Position numbers and translations under genes: made by a program
Origin: Pseudovirgaria hyperparasitica
Lineage: Eukaryota
Reading direction: 5' to 3' (one strand)
DNA: 64,000 nucleotides
Assembly (NCBI GenBank): GCA_010093815.1
Contig: ML996565.1
Shown: one piece after another, positions 38,923 to 50,900 of the stretch
Numbering within the stretch: the first letter of the stretch is position 1
Layout: each line of letters opens with the position of its first letter
Notes under the pieces: generated by a model
Seen by the model: the letters and a program-made list of their open reading frames with translations, nothing else
What the model was told of the DNA's origin: nothing
Database searches by the model: none

Positions 38923-40284
38923 ATGGTACTGCTCACTGGCGGGCAAGTCTCAATGGCCATTTCCAGCGCGATAGGTACAGACAGACCCATCGGCATACAT
39001 GAATCTTATACTGACGTTGAGTGTGATCCAGTTGTTCTCTTTACCGGCCTACTCTTCCTCGCTGGCTACATCCTTCAGCAGCAAACCGTACAATCGCTCC
39101 AGATCGCGGTCCGCCCACGGATACCTAAACCTCTTGCCCCTCCGGCCTCTCTCTCCATTCCTCGAACTCCTCTGGACAGGATTGCACGTGTCCCGGGCTC
39201 GTCGCAGGATATCGATAATGAGTTGCAACACTATCTCTCGATTGCGAGCAAGGGAAGCACGGATTGGTCGAAGCTGGCACACGTACAGCTGGTACGAACG
39301 CATGAGGAGGTTTGTACTGCGGTCATGTTTTTCGCCGAACTTAAGCGGTTGAAGAGTCCTGCGAGACGAGTCCTCATGTTTCCAGCAAGTTGGACTAGGG
39401 ACATGAGTGAGGACGAATCGCCAAGCCTGCCACGAACAAGGAGGCTTCTGAGAACGGCTGCGCGGCGATATAACGTTGGACTACGTGCTGTGGGCGCGCT
39501 GGGAGATGATAGTGGAAAGGTGGACGCAAACATAGCAAGCAATTACAGCTTGAGTAGTCTATGGGCCTTTGGGAAAGAGTTCGATAGAGTCCTATATATG
39601 CAGAGTCCGGGTCTACTGTTGGATTCGGAGCCCCTAGACGGACTACTGGCCTTTGCACCGACAAAGAAGCTGTCTGCGATTGGCGCTGAAAATGAAATTT
39701 CGATGGACCTGCTGCTCATTCAGCCTGATCTGGCGGTATGGAACAACCTGAAGGATATTCGCGCAGAGGAGCACATCTCGGACATCAAGCTGCTGAGAAA
39801 AACGTTCAGTGCAGATGAAGCACTTCTGCGCCCATCCTCATACTTCTCACCATCGATAGTCGCAGACACAGCGTCTCTACGGCTGCCGATCGACGAGTTC
39901 AATGCGACGGCTTTCCTGGACAAGACAGCCTACCTGAGATTTACAGATCCGGAGATTCCTGGGCCGGAATACGACATCCCATATGTCGAGAGAGCAAACT
40001 ACCGGCCAGCAGAGGATGGACCACGGCTCGTGTGGGACAGGTTGTATGAGGTATTTAGACAACGGAGGATGGATGTGTGCGGGCTAGATCTCGAACATTG
40101 GAAGGGACCGAAGGGATCAATCTTGTCGGAACCTGCGGAGACGGTGAATACGCACGATCAGCATGATGTGGTCTTATCCGAGGTTACGGTGGATGAAGAC
40201 GCTGGAGATATGGATATCATTCAGCCACAGGGAGAGCAGGATCCTGCTGAGGAGCGCAGTGATGAGCATGACGAAGAACTATAG
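38923..40284 (+). CDS. Type II membrane glycosyltransferase family 8-like protein (Gnt1-like), apparently lacking DxD
   Basis: N-terminal TM segment, DWSKLAHVQLV...CTAVMFFAELKRLKSPARRVLMFP (cf. GT8 DWSxFAYxQY), FDRVLYMQSPG; 57-nt intron at 38975-39031. Confidence 0.72.
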   Translation: MVLLTGGQVSMAISSAIGTDRPIGIHESYTDVECDPVVLFTGLLFLAGYILQQQTVQSLQIAVRPRIPKPLAPPASLSIPRTPLDRIARVPGSSQDIDNELQHYLSIASKGSTDWSKLAHVQLVRTHEEVCTAVMFFAELKRLKSPARRVLMFPASWTRDMSEDESPSLPRTRRLLRTAARRYNVGLRAVGALGDDSGKVDANIASNYSLSSLWAFGKEFDRVLYMQSPGLLLDSEPLDGLLAFAPTKKLSAIGAENEISMDLLLIQPDLAVWNNLKDIRAEEHISDIKLLRKTFSADEALLRPSSYFSPSIVADTASLRLPIDEFNATAFLDKTAYLRFTDPEIPGPEYDIPYVERANYRPAEDGPRLVWDRLYEVFRQRRMDVCGLDLEHWKGPKGSILSEPAETVNTHDQHDVVLSEVTVDEDAGDMDIIQPQGEQDPAEERSDEHDEEL

Positions 40285-41408
40285 AAGAGGGAGGTGGGAA
40301 TAATGGGTTGGGGTGCAAACTTGTGCGGCATAATTAGCGGGCTCTAGCATTGGAGAAGGCGTCTTGGAGCAGATGAGTGTAGAATTGGAGATACCATGTA
40401 CTGTATATCAATCAGAGTCGTTCACAGCCAGTACCAGACAGGCTTTTGCAAAGTGATGGTGTTGAAATTGATGATTTATACGCAATTGACGCACGTTCAC
40501 GAAGTAAGTAACTATCATTTCCATTACGGTACAATTAGCGTACTTGGTCGTCGGGATAAAAAAAGTGGATGGATAAAACCTAATTGATGGATGAGGATGG
40601 ATTGGCAATGTAGTGAATACCTTATTTCCTGCCACCACCAGCCCCGCCCAGCAAGCCAATATCATCGCGTCAGGCGTCAGTCAGGCAAGTCCTCAGGCCT
40701 CAGGCTAACAACCGCAGCATCCACTTCCATCCCTCCACCCCCCTCCCAATTCTCCAACAATCACTCAATCCCTCCCCCGATTCCCCCAATTCCCCCAATT
40801 CACATTCGCGCCAAACCTTGAATTGATACGCCCAAAGCTACCTTACCTTACCTTCTTCTACACCGTCCTTGTCCTGACTATCCTGTCTCTTCTCCCTAGC
40901 TTGTCCCACACGTTCATCATTCTTCCGCCCGCCGGTTGGGAATCTCTTTGCTCACTTTACGTTTGTCGCGGCAGCTGTGCGTGCTGTCTTCTTGGAATAT
41001 CCTTACCGCTGTAGCCATACACCCCCGGCTGACGTTGACCATATTGCCCTGTCCTGTGGGTGGTTGTGAGCTCTCCAGGCCCGACAGAGCTCCCTAGCTG
41101 CGCATCGCCCCCATCAAAGCATCCCGCAGCTCTCCGCATCATAGAGCGCGACACTCCTCGGCATTATACTAGAGACGGCAAAGGCGATACTTCTCGCAGG
41201 AAAGAAGCAGAAGAAGAACAGCAGTGTGTCTGTGTGGTAGTCTGCGCTGCCTCGCCTTGAGAACAGACGCTCCGTACCCGTATTGGCCAGAGATCTGCAG
41301 ATCCACACACATCACAGGAAGCTCGTTGCGGCATATCTAGGGAAGGTCAGGTCAGGGTCTGGGAGCATCCAGTCGCCCTGGGTTTGACCTCGCTTTACAG
41401 TAGCGTTC

Positions 41409-42961
41409 ATGCCATCCCTAGGTTTCCTGAAGAAGAAGAGGACGAAGGACTCCTCCGGTTCTGCCAAAGACTTTGAATCTCCCACAAGCCCCACCATCAC
41501 CAAGGAGCCCTCGCAATTGAGCCAGCCAAGGTCGAATCCAGACGCCTTATCTAACCCTGCGACGTCTACTACAGCCTCGGCGTCAGCGGTCACCTCGGAT
41601 ACCAACAACAGTACAGCTGCGCAGCAGAACACCGCCGAACCTATGAACACCGCCGCCACGCCTCAGCAGCAGCCGCAAACCTACTCCTCACCCGAAGCGT
41701 CGCAACAGCAAAATCAACCTTCTATACAGAATGTGATCAATCCACCGAACAATGATTCGGGGTACCGTGCGACGCCAGCCAGAGACGGCGACGCGATGCA
41801 GATTTCACCTCCGCCGCAAGTGCAAGCTCGTGTAACAAAAGGGAAATACTCGTTGGTGGATTTCCAGATACAACGTACCCTGGGGACGGGAAGTTTTGGT
41901 CGCGTGCACCTGGTGCAGTCGAAGCATAATCAACGTTTCTATGCTGTCAAGGTGTTGAAGAAAGCCCAGGTCGTCAAGATGAAGCAGGTGGAGCACACGA
42001 ATGACGAAAGAAGAATGCTTGGCAGAGTAAAGCATCCCTTTCTGATCACGTTATGGGGCACCTTCCAGGACTCGAAGAACTTGTACATGGTGATGGATTT
42101 TGTCGAAGGTGGTGAGCTTTTTAGCTTACTACGCAAGTCACAGGTAGGTTTCACCCGAACTCCATGAATGCCACTCCAGGGCTGACTGAAACATAGCGAT
42201 TTCCAAATCCTGTGGCCAAGTTTTACGCCGCCGAAGTCACATTAGCGCTCGACTATCTCCACTCCATGGACATAATCTACAGAGATTTAAAGCCTGAAAA
42301 TCTGCTTCTAGATCGACATGGGCATCTGAAGATTACTGACTTTGGGTTCGCCAAGGAGGTTCCAGACATTACATGGACCCTTTGTGGTACCCCGGATTAT
42401 CTCGCTCCAGAAGTCGTGGCGTCGAAGGGCTACAACAAGTCGGTGGATTGGTACGCGCTGCATGAAACCTTGATCGTCAAACTTTTCATACTGACTGTGT
42501 GTTCAGGTGGTCACTAGGAATCCTAATCTTTGAGATGCTGTGCGGATTCACGCCATTCTGGGATGGCGGCTCACCGATGAAGATTTACGAGAATATCCTC
42601 AAGGGGCGAGTGAAGTACCCACCGTATATTCATCACGATGCACTTGATCTGCTGCAAAAGCTGATTACGCACGACTTGACTCAACGGCTGGGTAACTTGC
42701 ATGGCGGCAGCAAGGACGTGATGAACCATCCATGGTTTGCTGAGGTTACATGGGAGCGACTCATGAAAAAGGACATTGATGCGCCATACGTGCCACCCGT
42801 GCGTGCAGGTGTTGGCGACGCGAGCCAATTCGACAAATACCCCGAAGAAACGGAGGCGTATGGACAGACGGGTGACGATCCGTAGGTTTCTTGTGGAAGC
42901 TTGTGTGAACTCCAATATGCTAATCTTTGATAGACATGAACGCCTTTTCGGGGACTTTTGA
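41409..42961 (+). CDS. pkaC1: cAMP-dependent protein kinase catalytic subunit
   Basis: [46 protein letters not shown]-terminal FGDF*; three introns. Confidence 0.97.
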
Positions 42962-43446
42962 TCAGGCCTGTCCCGTTCGTCTTGGACATATCTGGGAAGA
43001 TATAACATGGCCTTTATCGTCGTCCCCCATGCGCTTATTATTCGACAGTGATCTCACACGCAAGGTCACTCTTGGATAGTTGACTGGCGAGGTCTCATCG
43101 TGTCGCACCTCTGGGGGACAATAGGACGGTAACAGTATCGGTGAGAGACGGTGCCGATGAAGTGAAAAGTCAATGTTTACGACGTTTATGCGAGAGTCAC
43201 TTGCATGGCCGAGGGTTTATGCGCGCTCGAGAAATCGACTGATGGAGCGCGCACGATGAGAAACAACGGCGTGGGTTGGGCGACTAGCTTTCAGTACAGA
43301 AGTCATGCCAGGTGAAAGCCTGGCTGGTATACATTCATATCCATTCTACTCGGGTTCCTCCAGTGATACATATCTACTACTACTACTACTTACTGTCTTT
43401 CACCACATTCCAGGATGAGCTAGTCGGAAGACAGCTTACTAAGACT

Positions 43447-43484
43447 CATCGCATCACATCGCATCGCATCACATCGCATCGCAT
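43447..43484. repeat. (CATCG)n pentamer microsatellite
   Basis: catcgcatcacatcgcatcgcatcacatcgcatcgcat. Confidence 0.8.
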
Positions 43485-44213
43485 TGAAGGTCCGACAGCA
43501 TCCGTCAATCCGACGGGGCAAAACCGCCTACAGGCCAGCAAGCAGTGACCCGGCTGGGCAATAAACGCGATTGTGCTGTGATCGATCGTGCTGAAGGGCG
43601 CGGCGAATAGAATGTCGGGATGTTGAGGTGGCGGTGCAGATTATGAAAGTCTGCGACTGGGTATTCCTTGTGTGGGGTGCTTGGCCAACTCATTTACAGT
43701 GACCAAAATGTCAGGCTACATGTTCCGGGGTCAGTCAACATCTTCTTTCAGCACAAACTCCTAGCCTTGTTGTTCCTTTTCTCCTTTTTTACTTTTCCTT
43801 CTCTCTCGTCTTTCCCGTCCTTCTTCTTCCCTTTCCTAATTTTTCATTCTTGGTATGTAAGTTCGAGAGCAATGACCTGGTGAAGCTCAGAGGCAAAGAG
43901 CTTGGGACCAACGCGGTTGTATTATATAATTAGGTGGAATGATCTGATCCACTCTTTTTCTACCCTGCCGAGATTCTTGGAGAGCCTTGTGGGGCTGGCT
44001 GTTCGAAAGCATCGTTGGGAATCTTTTGGCTGATTCTCTGCTCCTGAGATCACCCATTCTCCCTGTGTCACCGCAAACGCGACAAGTAACAGGAACACTG
44101 GAGCATCCATTGCGAGAGATCTAGAAGGAATTCAAACAAGCTAGCCCGGCCGGTCCTCGCAAGTCGTTGACAAACAAAGAACGTTTGCGCAGCCCTACTA
44201 CCTAGACGTGACG

Positions 44214-47200
44214 ATGACGTTCTTTCACTTCAGCTACAAGAATCGTGGCAGAAAGTCGCCTACGCCGTCGTCGTCGACAGAGGGTTCCCGGGGCAGCGCT
44301 CAGACTCCGTCGTCGATGAAGAGTTTCCAGAACAACGCTCAGGCTCCGTCTTCGACGACAAAGAATTTCCAGAACATCGCTCAGGCTCCGCGCGGTCCAC
44401 CTCAGTATCAGTACAGTTCACCGTCACTGAGGCAGAATGTCCCAGTCGACGCAGCGGCTTCAATACCGCCTCCATATGCTGCACCACAGCCCGCGCCGCC
44501 CTTGAATCCATTGTGGTGTCCTCCACCAACATATCAGCAATTCCATGAACAGCAGCAGCAGTACCTTGAAGCCACCCGGCAGCAGAGGATACAGGCAGAA
44601 TGGATGGCGAGCCAGCCACAACCTCCCTTCCGAACAAACCCAACATCACGTCCCGCATCATTTCATCAGCACTTCCATCAACACCAGCAGCATCAATACA
44701 TTAACGGTATGGGACAGCAGGGGCCACATACCGATTGGACGACGAACCCGCTCAACCTTCCCATGCGACCGAGCACGGCAACACGTCCTCCATCATTTCA
44801 CCAATCCTTTCTTCAACAACATCAACATCAATACGTTGACGGTACAAGACAGCAGCGGCCACAAGCAGAATGGATGTCAAGCCCGCTGTACATGCCCGTC
44901 CGATCGAACACAGCAACACCTCCTTCGCCGTTGCAAAATCATTACGCCGCGAGTCTAGATCAGACATACCCAAATCCCATGTACCAGTCATATCCATACA
45001 ATCCTCCAAACCACCCAATGACACCCCGAGCAGCGGCGACATTCCCTCAACCTCAACTCTCACAACTCATGTACGCCTCTCCCGCACCACTGACACCACT
45101 TACACCACAACAAACCGGGCCTCTGCAGCCGCAGCCGCAGCCGTACTACGTCAAGACCAAACCCTCTGGCGCTGCCCTGTCCTCGATCTACAAGCCGATC
45201 AAGAAGGCGTCGACGACAATGCTGAATTTGCAGCACAGCGTGATGGAGAACAAGGGCGGGGGGCTTATCGAGAAGGCAGATACGTGGTACGAATCAGTCA
45301 GCACGAAGCTGGACGACATGATCACTGGCATGGACGAGGAGCAATTTGTGGCGGAAGAGGGAGAAGGTGAGATATGGAATTTCCTGTTTTCTTTCTTCTT
45401 TTGCATTGTTTACTGCGTTGCGTCGTTGTGGTTTCTTTTCTGTTTCGCTGGCCGACATGGGTCTGGCGGTCCTACCAAAGTCTTGGACGTTCACAGCTTC
45501 TCGTCTACGGTCTGGTCTGGCCTCTCTGCGGTGTCTATGTCGTCGCTATCACCACCACCACCGGCAACGCGACCTGGACTAACCGCCAAGCACGCGCACC
45601 TGCCTCACGGACGGCACATCCGCGGCTCGACCCACTCCTCCCACCTCCTGGTCATAATATTGACGTGGCCCGAGCGTCATCACGGATCACCACGCTCCAC
45701 CATTCACTCTCCACCTCCTCCACTCTCCACAGTTCACGGTTCACTCTGGCCACAAAACCCCCCCTGAGCACTATCCCATTATTCCTCATGGACAGTTTGA
45801 GTTTGAGTTTGAGATTAGTCCCTCCTCTCGCTTTCGCTTTCGATCTCTCGCTCTCTCTGTCCTGCACGAACCACATGGCCTGACGGTTCACTCTCTTCCT
45901 GGCCACTCCTGTCATCCATCCTGGTCTATTCATTCATTCGGTCACTCCTTCATTCGTCCTGGCTTGGACGAACTTTGTGAATACGACGATATCGCGGGTT
46001 CGACACAATGATGCATTGCTGAGACTAAGGCTCGACTGATGCATAGCGACATTGCGTCGCGACCATGTACGCCCTTGCACCCTCGAGACAGCTCTCGTCA
46101 GTATCGTTGGTCGACTTCTCGCGCCATGTCGATGCTACAGCCGAAGTCCCTGCCTTGCCACTTATCACGGTGCGTCCACCACTGAAGCCGCGCAACTCGA
46201 GGCTGTCACGTGCCATCTTCAACGCCTTTCTGCCCTCTGTCGTGCGTGTCGCCCATCGCTGTGGCTGTGCAGGCGTGCTGGAATTCGATGTCTCCATTTT
46301 CGAGGATGATGAACTAGCCAGAGATGTTGACTACAGTTCTGGAGAAGATGACGATTCACCGAGCATACCAAGCACGCCGACCTGCCTGGTCGAATCCGTA
46401 CAAGATGTTCTGAAGCATACAGACAGAGATGTATCGACTGCAACCACTTTAGAGGACTATGATGCCACAATATCAGCGCCAGACTTTCTGGATACCATTG
46501 GCGACTACCAAGCGACCCCCGAAAATGCACCATTTCTATTTTATCCTTTTCCTTCTTCTGCTTTGAATATGCATAGCGCTCCTGTATCCCCGTGTCTCAC
46601 ACCCTCTCTATCACGGACTTCTTCTCCATTATCCTCTGTACCTCCATCTCCTCGCTTGTCCCGGCCTGTGCCTCCATTTCCATCTACCTCGTCCAGTCGA
46701 GCCACTCTCACCGTGCCCACCGCAATACCACGTTCCCGCTCCTCTCCCTCTCTCAACACAACTAACCCGCTCTCCGTCACAGACAACACACGCGCCTCGA
46801 CGGCCAAGCACATCTACGACAAAGTATGGCGGTACCAAAACAGTCGATTGCCGCCAGACATGCCGCCATGCGAAATCCCTATTGCGTGTTGGCCGTTGAT
46901 CAATTTGGCGGCCAAGTATAGCGAAAAGGTATACACGGATCCGCAGGCACGTGCCGAGAAGAAGATGTATGTCAGCGCGGGTGCAAAACCTATGTTCATG
47001 AAGAGCGTGACAAGGGACGACCAGAAGGTTGTCATATTGGCGATTCGTGGGACGAAAAGATTCAAGGATTGGTGTGTGAATTTTCGTGATCGGGGGGTAG
47101 ACCCGAAGGGATTCTTGGTATGTTCTATTCTTTTTTTTTTCTTTTTTTTCCCCTGATCTATGAACTCGGTGCTGACATATATGCCCCAAGGATGACCCGA

Positions 47201-47853
47201 CACAGAAATGCCATGCCGGGTTTCTTGACGTTGCAAAATCCATGATCAAGCCGATTGCCGAACATCTCGACCACCTCTTGGCCGAAGATCCCTCCCGCTC
47301 GCGCTGTTCACTACTTCTTACCGGCCACTCCGCCGGTGGCGCTGTTGCGTCTCTTCTCTACGCCCATCTGGCATCCTCCGCCGCCATCTCGCCGTTTCAC
47401 ACCCTGATGAGGAAATTCAAGCGCGTCCATTGTGTCACGTTCGGCACGCCCCCGTGTACACTGTTTCCTTTGGCAAAGCCCGAGGGCGAGGAATGGGTAA
47501 GAAGCATATTCGTAACGTTTGTGAACGAAGGGGACCCTGTACCACGCGCGGATCGGAGCGTGCTAGGCAGTCTGCTCGATCTGTACAGGCAGCCGGCCCC
47601 GAAGATTGGAAGTACGATACAGTGGCGGGTACCGCCGGGGGAGATGAATCTGCCGGGGAGTTTGGTGGTGATGAGAACGAAGCCGGGGAGTGGTGGGCCA
47701 GTGCTAAGCGTTGTGAATGTAGAGGCGATTAGTGCGAGGAATCAGGACTTGCGCACCGTCATGTACGGCGATCCGTTGGCGCATCAGATGGTGTTGTACC
47801 AAAAGCGAGTGCAGGAATTGGCGACGCGGTCGGCGACGGCGCGGGATGATTGA
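44214..47853 (+). CDS. Class 3 lipase (Lipase_3) with a long Q/P/H-rich N-terminus
   Basis: Exons 44214-45366, 46273-47117 and 47191-47853. VVILAIRGT, CHAGFL, nucleophile elbow GHSAGG, CVTFGTPP, NEGDPVPR and GDPLAHQM supply the Ser-Asp-His triad. Confidence 0.85.
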
Positions 47854-47894
47854 TAGCATATTTTTTTCAGAAATAATACATTACTGCATACGTG

Positions 47895-48776
47895 TCAGAC
47901 TGGCGACTGTGACCGTGGGCTTGACTGTGGTCTTGACCGTGGTCTTGACTGTGACCGTGACCGTGACCGTGACCCTGACGAAGACGGTGATCTCGATCCC
48001 ACGGCTCCAGACCCGACGCTCCGCAAAGACCTGTCGTCGTCGTCGTCGTCGTCCATCGCATCCACCTCGCCCTGCAACGGACTCACATACGCCTCAAGCA
48101 AATCCATATCCTCCAGCTGCGAGCGCACCGGCATCTTCCACAGACTCGTCGCAAACATCCGATCCTTGCTCAGCATCTCATCCACCAGCTGGTCGACGTA
48201 CGTGAGACTGAACCCGTTGCGCGTCCGCCGCCGGATCTTGCGCGGGTCCGCGAGCAGCGCGCCGAGCGTGTTGTAGATGTCCACGGGCTCCCAGGTCAGG
48301 CGGATGTAGAAGGCCGCCAGCACGCGGAGGTACTTGAAGTGGCCTTTGCGGCGCGCCGTTTGGGTTGCGCTCTTTCCTGCGTCGTTTTCTTCTTCTTCTT
48401 TCTCTTCTCTCGCTGTATCATCATCCCCATCCCCACCATCCCCTTCATCCTCCGCATCTCCCTCAGCGAAATTCAAAAACTCAAGCACAATCTCCCGCGG
48501 CGGCATAATCTGCAGCATCTTGAACGCCAAGCACAGGAACGGCGTCGGCCGGCCCTGATCCCCGTATGTGCCGCCTACGCAGTCCAGTTCGACGGCGCGG
48601 TCGCAGAGCGTGGCGGCGTTGAGCCCGAAACATTGCTCTTTCCAGTAGAAGCTTTCGGTTATGCGGTCGCGCACGGCTTTTTCGATGAGGTGGGCGGGGT
48701 TGGCGCCGCGGATGAGGGCGCCGGTGTAGCCGCGCGTGTCGAGGAGGGCGGTTGCGTCGGGGCGGTGGGGGGGCAT
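47895..48776 (-). CDS. PRP38: Pre-mRNA splicing factor Prp38 with RS-rich tail
   Basis: NPAHLIEKAVRDRITESFYWKEQCFGLNAATLCDRA, PTPFLCLAFKMLQI, FKYLRVLAAFYIRL; ends in SRSRSR repeats. Confidence 0.95.
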   Translation of the reverse strand: MPPHRPDATALLDTRGYTGALIRGANPAHLIEKAVRDRITESFYWKEQCFGLNAATLCDRAVELDCVGGTYGDQGRPTPFLCLAFKMLQIMPPREIVLEFLNFAEGDAEDEGDGGDGDDDTAREEKEEEENDAGKSATQTARRKGHFKYLRVLAAFYIRLTWEPVDIYNTLGALLADPRKIRRRTRNGFSLTYVDQLVDEMLSKDRMFATSLWKMPVRSQLEDMDLLEAYVSPLQGEVDAMDDDDDDDRSLRSVGSGAVGSRSPSSSGSRSRSRSQSRPRSRPQSSPRSQSPV

Positions 48777-49396
48777 TTTTGGGGGTTTTGGGGGTGAGAT
48801 GGTTTGGGGGTGGTGAGAGGGTGAGAGGGTGAGGTTATGAGGTTGTGGTTGTGGTGATGGGTGGTGATGGGGGGTACGCGGTCGTGCTTGGAGATTCGCA
48901 TGCTTGCGTGTATGCTTCAATCAGCCACGCTGGGTGGCCCTGTTTGTTTTTATTCTATATCCATCGCTTACCTACGTAGGACAAGGACCCTCCTACTTGT
49001 ATTTACGACCATCGAGAGCATGTCCTGATACATCTTCAATACAAATCAACCAGTCCCCAATCTACACCCTGTCAGACATATATGTAGCACAATAATCTCG
49101 GCCCACACTATCCTGATCCACCGAGCCTTGGCCGCGCACGACGGAGAATCTTCTTCTCTTGTTTTTCTGCGCCTTCTGTCCTTCTAATTCATTATAGAGA
49201 ATACAGAAAGTACATGAAAAGGAAACATTCCGCTGCGAATAGCGAGATCCACGTACCGCTATTTTTAGGGTCTGCTATCTGCTATCTGATATCTGGATAT
49301 CTGGACATCCGGGACCGGCATTGACGAGAAGATAGATCATGGTACGATCATACTGCCATGCTTTTGATTTTCTTGTTACGAAGTGTCCTGTAGCTC

Positions 49397-50492
49397 ATGA
49401 GTGATGACCAGGCCGCGCTATACGACCAATTCATCTTGTTCGGCGACTCGCTCACGCAGCAGGGCTGGTCGCAGGAGCGTGGATTCGCGTTTTTGGCGCA
49501 GCTTGGTGATGGTAGGGACGCTTTTTTCTTGGAGATTTGTGGATGTGGATGTGCTGATTCATGGCAGATTATGTCCGGCGCTTGGATGTGGTGAATAGAG
49601 GGTTTAGGTCAGTCGTTGGTGCTGGCCTTGAGTATCTGCGATATGAATCTCATTGTTGACATGTGTATCAGTGGCTACAACACCACCCAAGCCCTCGCCA
49701 TCCTCCCCAGAATCATCCCACACCCAAACCACGCAAAGGTCAAACTCCTCGTACGTCTTATACACATATCCCTTTCCCCCCCCCCCCTTCTACTTCCCTC
49801 CCAAGCACTCCCTCTCTCACTCACTCACTCACTCACTCACTCACTCCCTCCCTCACTCACTCCCTCCCTCACTCACTCCCTCCCTCACTCACTCACTCAC
49901 TCACTCACTCACTCACTCACTCACTCACTCACACCCCTCCGTCCCAAAGACAATCTTCTTCGGCGCAAACGACGCCTCCCTCCCGCACGCCTCCAACAAC
50001 CAACACGTCCCCCTGCAAACCTACACCGCAAACCTCAGATCCATCCTCACCCACCCCTCCATCACCGCCCACGCCCCCCACATAATCCTCATCACCCCAC
50101 CGCCCATCAACGAACACCCCATGGCCCACGACCCCGGCGTCGCAGGCCCCGCCCGTCGCGCCGCGTGCACGAAGGCATACGCCGATGCCGTCATCACTCT
50201 AGGTCTGGAGATGCGGGTTGCGGTGCTTGATTTGTGGGGTGCGGTTATGGCGAGGGTGGGGTGGGATGCTGGTGGTGGTGTTGGTGGGGGTGAGGTGGTG
50301 CTGCCGGGGAGTTTGGAGAGGGCTAGAGAGCCGGTGCTGGATGGGTTGCTGCATGATGGGTTGCATTTCTCGCCGGAGGGGTATCGGGTTCTGTATGAGG
50401 AGCTTGTGGGTTTGATTGCGGAGAGATGGCCGGAGTTGAGGCCTGAGGCGCTGCCGTTTGTGTTGCCTGGGTGGACGGAGTTTCGGGTTTGA
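49397..50492 (+). CDS. IAH1: SGNH/GDSL esterase, isoamyl acetate-hydrolysing esterase Iah1-like
   Basis: Blocks LFGDSLTQ, NRGFS|GYNT, FFGANDA and DGLH; three introns. An upstream ATG-only exon at 49339 is possible. Confidence 0.9.
49815..49933. repeat. (CACT)n/(CCCT)n tetranucleotide microsatellite inside an IAH1 intron
   Basis: About 30 tandem tcac/tccc units. Confidence 0.9.
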
Positions 50493-50900
50493 GGTTGGTG
50501 GATTGGTGCGGATTAGATTGGTGGGGTAAGGGGGGGTTTATAAGGGGCAGGTATGAATGATGTTTGCGCTATGGTTATATGGTGGGAAAGCAAGGCATGT
50601 CATGAATGTGTCTCACAGTCTCAGACTTGCATTCTCTCATTCCTCTCGTCATCTTACAGCGTCGCAGCACACTCATCCATCACGTCACCAGGACAAAGAG
50701 AAAATCACATCCTCGACGTATGTCCCAAATATCCCATCCCATCCCATCCCATCCCATCCACACACAAAGACCATAAATCCCTACACTCTCCGTCCAAGCC
50801 CCTAAAACCCCCCCCAAAAGCCTACCTCTCCCCAGCCAAACCTCTCCAAAAACGAAGAAAAAAAAACCGCACAGATTTTCATGAAGACGAAAAACAAAAA

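Noticed and set aside
38975..39031. In-frame, stop-free 57-nt intron in the GT8-like gene as an exitron
   Set aside because: Ordinary intron size; retention would interrupt the TM anchor, and being 3n and stop-free is likely chance at this length
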